From assembly GCA_951406725.2 (NCBI GenBank), contig OX597831.1, forward strand, positions 35,340,001-35,404,000: a stretch of 64,000 nt of DNA, read 5' to 3'. The notes beneath the pieces were generated by a model. That model did not search any database. It was not told the DNA's origin and saw only the letters and a program-made list of their open reading frames with translations. A program made the position numbers and the translations under genes. Shown here piece by piece: positions 63,004-64,000 of this stretch. Within the stretch, counting starts at the first letter, position 1. Each line of letters starts with the position of its first letter. The DNA comes from Octopus vulgaris. Taxonomy: Eukaryota.

Positions 63004-63440
63004 CTACATATACTCTTTACTCTTTTATTTGTTTCAGTCATTTGACTGCGGCCATGCTGGAACACCACCTTTAGTCGAGCAATTCGACCCCGGGACTTAT
63101 TCTTTGTAAGCCCAGTACTTATTCTATCGGTCTCTTTTTCCGAACCGCTAAGTGACGGGGACATAAACACACCAGCATCGTTTGTCAAGCAATGCTAGGG
63201 GGACAGACACAGACACACAAACATACATGCACACACACATATATATATATATACATATATACGATGGGCTTCTTTCAGTTTCCGTCTACCAAATCCACTC
63301 ACAAGGCTTTGGTTGGCCTGAGGCTATAGTAGAAGACACTTGCCCAAGGTGCCATACATATGTGTATATATATATGTATGTATATGTATTTATATACACA
63401 TATGTATATGTGTATACATATATATGTGTGTGTATCTGTA

Positions 63441-63489
<49 letters not shown>

Positions 63490-63603
63490 ATGTATCTATA
63501 TGTATGTGTGTATATATATGTGTTTGTATATATATGTATGTATATGTATTTATATACACATATATATGTGTATACATATATATGTGTGTATGTGTATATA
63601 TAT

Positions 63604-63954
63604 GTCCGTTCGTGGCCGTTTGCCAGCTCTGTCTGGCCCCGTGTCGGTGGCACGTAAAAGCACCATCCGTTCATGTCGTTGCCAGCATCGCCTGGCCCCG
63701 TGCCGGTGACACGTAAAAGCACCATCCGTTCGTGGCCGTTCGCCAGCTCTGTCTGGCACCTGTGCAGGTGGCACGTAAAAAACACCCACTACACTCGCGG
63801 AGTGGTTGGCGTTAGGAAGGGCATCCAGCCGTAGAAACACTGCCAGATCTGACTGGGCCTGACGAAGCCTTCCAGCTTCACAGACCCCAGTTGACCCGTC
63901 CAACCCATGCTAGCATGGAAAGCGGATGCTAAACGATGATGATGATGATGATGA

Positions 63955-63957
<3 letters not shown>
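63604..63957 (+). mobile_element. Retroposon family C with internal roughly 60-bp tandem units and (GAT)n tail
   Basis: Repeated GGTGGCACGTAAAAGCACCATCCGTTCGTGGCCGTT units, ending CCATGCTAGCATGGAAAGCGGA..AAACGATGATGAT; copies at 7881-8430(-), 28970-29286, 31757-32090, 36671-36944, 53358-53603, 58380-58650. Confidence 0.8.
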
Positions 63958-63999
<42 letters not shown>

Positions 64000-64000
64000 T

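Overview
AT-rich animal genomic DNA, dense in (TA)n/(CA)n microsatellites, SINEs, MITEs and decayed transposons. The repeat landscape suggests an octopod cephalopod (inference, no database search). One host gene can be rebuilt by hand: a six-coding-exon SEC22A/C-type gene on the minus strand (34892 to 21576, 942 nt, 313 aa, all GT-AG, phases consistent). A probable second gene starts head-to-head on the plus strand (ETS and RFX X-box promoter near 40.9-41.1 kb, candidate first coding exon 42095-42215). The clearest mobile element is a young 2976-bp Ty3/Gypsy (Mag-like) LTR element (12988-15963; 215-bp LTRs with 1 mismatch, 5-bp TSD) that lacks RT/RNase H and sits inside an R4/Dong-like LINE relic. 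Also present: a TAA-embedded Dong-like 3' fragment, three non-autonomous Helitrons, piggyBac and Tc1/mariner relics, CR1- and RTE-like fragments and several MITEs. The most unusual signal is a set of unrelated foldback or TA-embedded elements sharing minimal hammerhead-ribozyme geometry with variant cores. No CRISPR array, rRNA or true tRNA gene was found, most ORF-track entries are microsatellite or SINE artefacts, and I cannot claim a demonstrated new biological system.
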